Source: Phoronis australis (lineage: Eukaryota > Animalia > Phoronida). From it: 64,000 bases of DNA. Positions 61,001-64,000 of the stretch are shown here, piece by piece. Below the pieces are notes generated by a model that did no database searches, had not been told where the DNA came from, and saw only the letters and a program-made list of their open reading frames with translations. Numbering within the stretch: position 1 is the first letter of the stretch; each line of letters begins with the position of its first letter. Where the stretch lies: assembly GCA_002633005.1 (NCBI GenBank), contig NMRA01000052.1:1167235-1231234 (forward strand), read 5' to 3'. The translations under genes and the position numbers were made by a program.

Positions 61001-63874
61001 CAGTAGGTCCACTCACTTCTTCCTCTCGGATCCTCTGCTTTCCAAACTCAGAAGCGTAAATCTGAAAGCAGTTCCATGCAGTCAGTAGGGACAAGTGTGG
61101 CTGATACTCACAGAAAAAAATACTTCAAATACTTCACTCTCAGGAATGTTTCAGGAAAGTCACAAGTCCAACGAACCGATCAGCATACCTATTCAGAAGG
61201 ACGAATCATTGTATCGTAAAGAGCTACTAAACAAGCCAGAGCTCTAATACATGAACTATTCTGTTCTGACAGATTTGACAATCTTTATATTTACACCAAA
61301 TTAGATGTCTTTTCATTTATTTCTTTACAATTTAGATGCATATCCAGTAAGGAGTGAGATTTATTATTGATCATTTGATACTGAAAAGATACCAAACCCT
61401 AATTGATCCAATTCATAAGAATAAAGAGGAGGCACTGTGATCCAGTGTGATAAGTGTCTACTTCGGATCCTTAACTCGAGGTCGTGAGTTATAGTGCCAC
61501 TGGGGCACACTGTTGGACCCTTGTGTCAGGTCTCTAGCTCCTCAGCTCGGTTTCAAATACGTATTAGTAAAGCATAAAAATGGTTCCGGTTATTAGTGCA
61601 ATGGGCCCACATGCACAGCCTGCGCACGTCTGCAATTGCTTTTCCTATATTCATAGCATACCACTGCTTTGTTATCCTCAAAAGTTTGGAGAAAGTTTGA
61701 AAGCTCCTCCTGAGTCATGAAATGTGCTAAATCCTCAAGGCCATTTAATTGATGTCTGTGGGAAAGACCACTCTACTTTTCCCAGGAAATTATGCAAAGC
61801 ATATTCGGAAAATGACGTTTTCAAGTACTTCTGTCTGTAGCAATGGGTGAATATTCGGAAAAGGCGCTGTGTGAATGGAAAGTCGTAACCTCAGCTAGTT
61901 ACATAGATACGACAGTATGAAATTAGCATAAAACATGATGTAAGACAAACAGCTCTTCTGGGTGACTGTCCTTAAAAGGATTATTCTTAGTACATTGATG
62001 CTGAGTGGTCTTCTAAGAGGAAATTTTCCGAATAAACCTCCCGATATGTGAACACTTCAAGCCCAAAGTTGTAGCACCAAACAAACACCAATGGAAATTT
62101 ATTAGGGGATGGCTTATCTATGAATATTCCAGGAGACACAGGATCCCCTTTATTAGATGACAAGGGACTGTCTCAGCAGAATAATGCTTTGATTTCTCAG
62201 GATAAGTACTATTTGTAACAGCTGGCAGAAACATTATTCTGCAAAGTCACTAAAACTGGGTTACTATCATCTTGAACATGATTAAAATTGGAAGTGATTA
62301 CAACACTATAAAAGATAGTAATAAAGAAACGTCATTCAATTCATGGAATTCATCTACAACGTTGCTGTATTTTTTCAAAGTGGGATGGCTGTCAGCTCGG
62401 GAAAATTCAGTGACATCACAAAAAATTGGCCACATAATGACAAACAACACTCGTCAGTGACGAGCACCAGAATTTAACGCATGGGGCACCGCAACAGGCT
62501 TTTTGGTGCGAAGACGATTAAGCACACAGCATACAAAGTAAAAGAATGAAAGTGAGCCTCAATTCCTTTGAATTATTAGATTAACAAATTGAGAGAGTTC
62601 ATCAAAGGCAGGTGTCATCTGATCACAGTGAAGTTAAATCTAACCACCTGAAACACAAATTGTACTTCAGATTACGCGCACCCAAATTATCTGTGATGTC
62701 AGCACCGCTAATTCAGAAGATTTGCAAATGAGACCCTCCAATTTAAGTTTGAAAATTTTGACTTCCCCAAACATGGGAGTCAAAGCCATTCAAGACAGCA
62801 TTTCTACCAAGTTGCAAAGGTACAGCAAGCAATAATACCATCTAATGCCAGCACGACAATGCCACATCTACAATATTACCATAGCTGTATACAGACGAGT
62901 CAATTTGACCATGCACGACTTACTTTCACAGACTTAACGACAGAACCGACTGGTTTGAATGAATTGACAAGTGCGTAGATATCTGCTGGTTGCATTCGGT
63001 CCCAGTCCATGTTGCATATGGCGAGACGGGAGGAGACCTCGTCAGCAACGGGCGCATCTTTGTCTATCTCGCCCCAGTGACTGTCAGAGAACTCTAGGTC
63101 TGAAACGGAAAGATTCAAAATTAGAAATTCACAATTAATCAAAAACAAGGATCAGCCCAGGCCAATCTAGGATGGCGCGTCTCAAAATTACTTGAAGATT
63201 AATAGCGAAACAAGCACCTGGTTGAAACTAGGTGTTAATTCTAAGCTTTACATCATAAGCAAAACAGTGAAAACACGATGGTCTAATCTATTAACCAGAG
63301 ATTTAGCAATGCAAACTTAAGGAAGCATTAAACCAGCGCTTGTTCTATTGTTCTTCCCTAGTCTGGAAATCACACTTATTTTGACTAGGGAACAACTTGA
63401 AACCAATTTCATAATGGAGGCTTCAATTTGAAACTTGATCTTTGCAGAAAGCACGAGTTTAATATTGGTTTAAATGTCATATTTTTCAATCATCTCAATC
63501 CTAAATAATGACCGTTGTTATGTTCTTGACACTAAAAATGTTAGGATGATGAAAACTGTAGTCATTTTTAGCCCACGCAGTCTCAGCCTAAATCAATAAG
63601 ACCTTCAAGTCACAGTAGCAAAACAGACAAAAAAATGATTTTTTCAGTCAGAGAAGTCTTATGAGGAATGTTCAAATTGATATCAAAATAGTATGAAAGT
63701 GCCTTTCTATGCCAACAACCACAAATTCAATCAACAAAAATATCAAATAAAAGTTGTAAATGGTCAGCATACTATCATCTTCATCCTCAAAGTCTGTATC
63801 TTCATTTGAGCTGGATGCAAGTCCTTCGCCCCTTGAGTAGTCAGGACCCTCTCCAACTCTAAAGGCAGTGCCAT
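49024..63874 (-). CDS. ESF1: ESF1 homolog (nucleolar pre-rRNA processing protein, NUC153 domain), 5' end outside the window
   Basis: Phase-consistent exons: 63874-63773, 63099-62924, 61061-60965, 60167-60008, 58618-58507, 57362-57233, 56101-55928, 55368-55220, 54362-54272, 52775-52696, 50322-50164, 49320-49024. Motifs: [105 protein letters not shown]. Confidence 0.95.
54455..54830. mobile_element. MITE with about 70-bp TIRs in an ESF1 intron
   Basis: TCTTTTTTCAAATGAGACTTTCTTATTTAGTCTCAAAGTG versus CACTTTGAGACTAAATAAGAATGTCTCATTTAAAAAAAGA, with internal GCGGAAATTCCGC repeats. Confidence 0.75.
58815..58975. repeat. Dispersed repeat, inverted copy of 41720-41860
   Basis: ATTCATTCACTCATGCACATCTCAGGAGAGACCATTCTCGTATCT. 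Confidence 0.75.
61426..61632 (+). mobile_element. tRNA-derived SINE (copy 2)
   Basis: GAGGAGGCACTGTGATCCAGTGTGATAAG...ACTCGAGGTCGTGAGTT...CTAGCTCCTCAGCTCGGTTT...CCTGCGCACGTCTG, collinear with the reverse complement of 26461-26663. Confidence 0.85.
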
Positions 63875-64000
63875 CTGTGGAGAGATAAAACAAACTTCTG
63901 TATAATTTACGCTGGGTATAGCATTAGCAGCTTAATAGAAAAAACCCAACTTATTGCGAACGAGCAAAATTAATCAAAGTGTGAAACTTGATATTCACTA

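Noticed and set aside
49321-63772. Intronic box C/D snoRNAs in ESF1
   Set aside because: By eye, I found no properly spaced RTGATGA...CTGA pair with a terminal stem on the ESF1 strand. A covariance-model scan would be needed to exclude them.
1-64000. Treating the six-frame ORFs as prokaryotic genes, operons, defence systems or CRISPR
   Set aside because: The real genes are spliced, most ORFs are short antisense or repeat-derived frames, and there is no regularly spaced repeat-spacer array.

Overview
Eukaryotic, intron-rich, AT-rich animal (probably invertebrate) genomic DNA. It is not prokaryotic: there are no operons, CRISPR arrays or rRNA. Most ORFs in the supplied track are spurious or single exons, so the genes were rebuilt by hand from GT-AG boundaries with consistent phases. 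Host genes: (1) a monoamine oxidase-like flavoenzyme on the minus strand (9 internal exons, 564-7183; the 3' end runs off the window and exon 1 was not found); (2) two diverged tandem copies of a fibrinogen-related (FReD) gene on the plus strand; (3) the nucleolar pre-rRNA processing gene ESF1 on the minus strand (12 exons, 49024-63874; the 5' end runs off the window). FReD copy A shows only exons 4-5 (11812-15380). Copy B encodes signal peptide + PAN/apple + FBG (37791-46950) but has apparently lost its exon-3 splice donor. Between the copies lies a dense pile of decayed DNA transposons: a Kolobok-like relic encoding a THAP domain and a P2X7-ballast/KolX-like domain, two Academ elements with TIRs and 3-bp TSDs, an ISL2EU-like element, and hAT-like elements with apparent 5-bp TSDs. 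The window also holds LINE fragments, a Penelope-like element with a hammerhead ribozyme, SINEs, MITEs and a perfect double palindrome. I did not find a clearly new multi-gene system. The best leads are the diversifying PAN-FReD pair, the KolX/P2X7-ballast relic and the double hairpin beside it. All family assignments come from motif recognition by eye; no searches were run.
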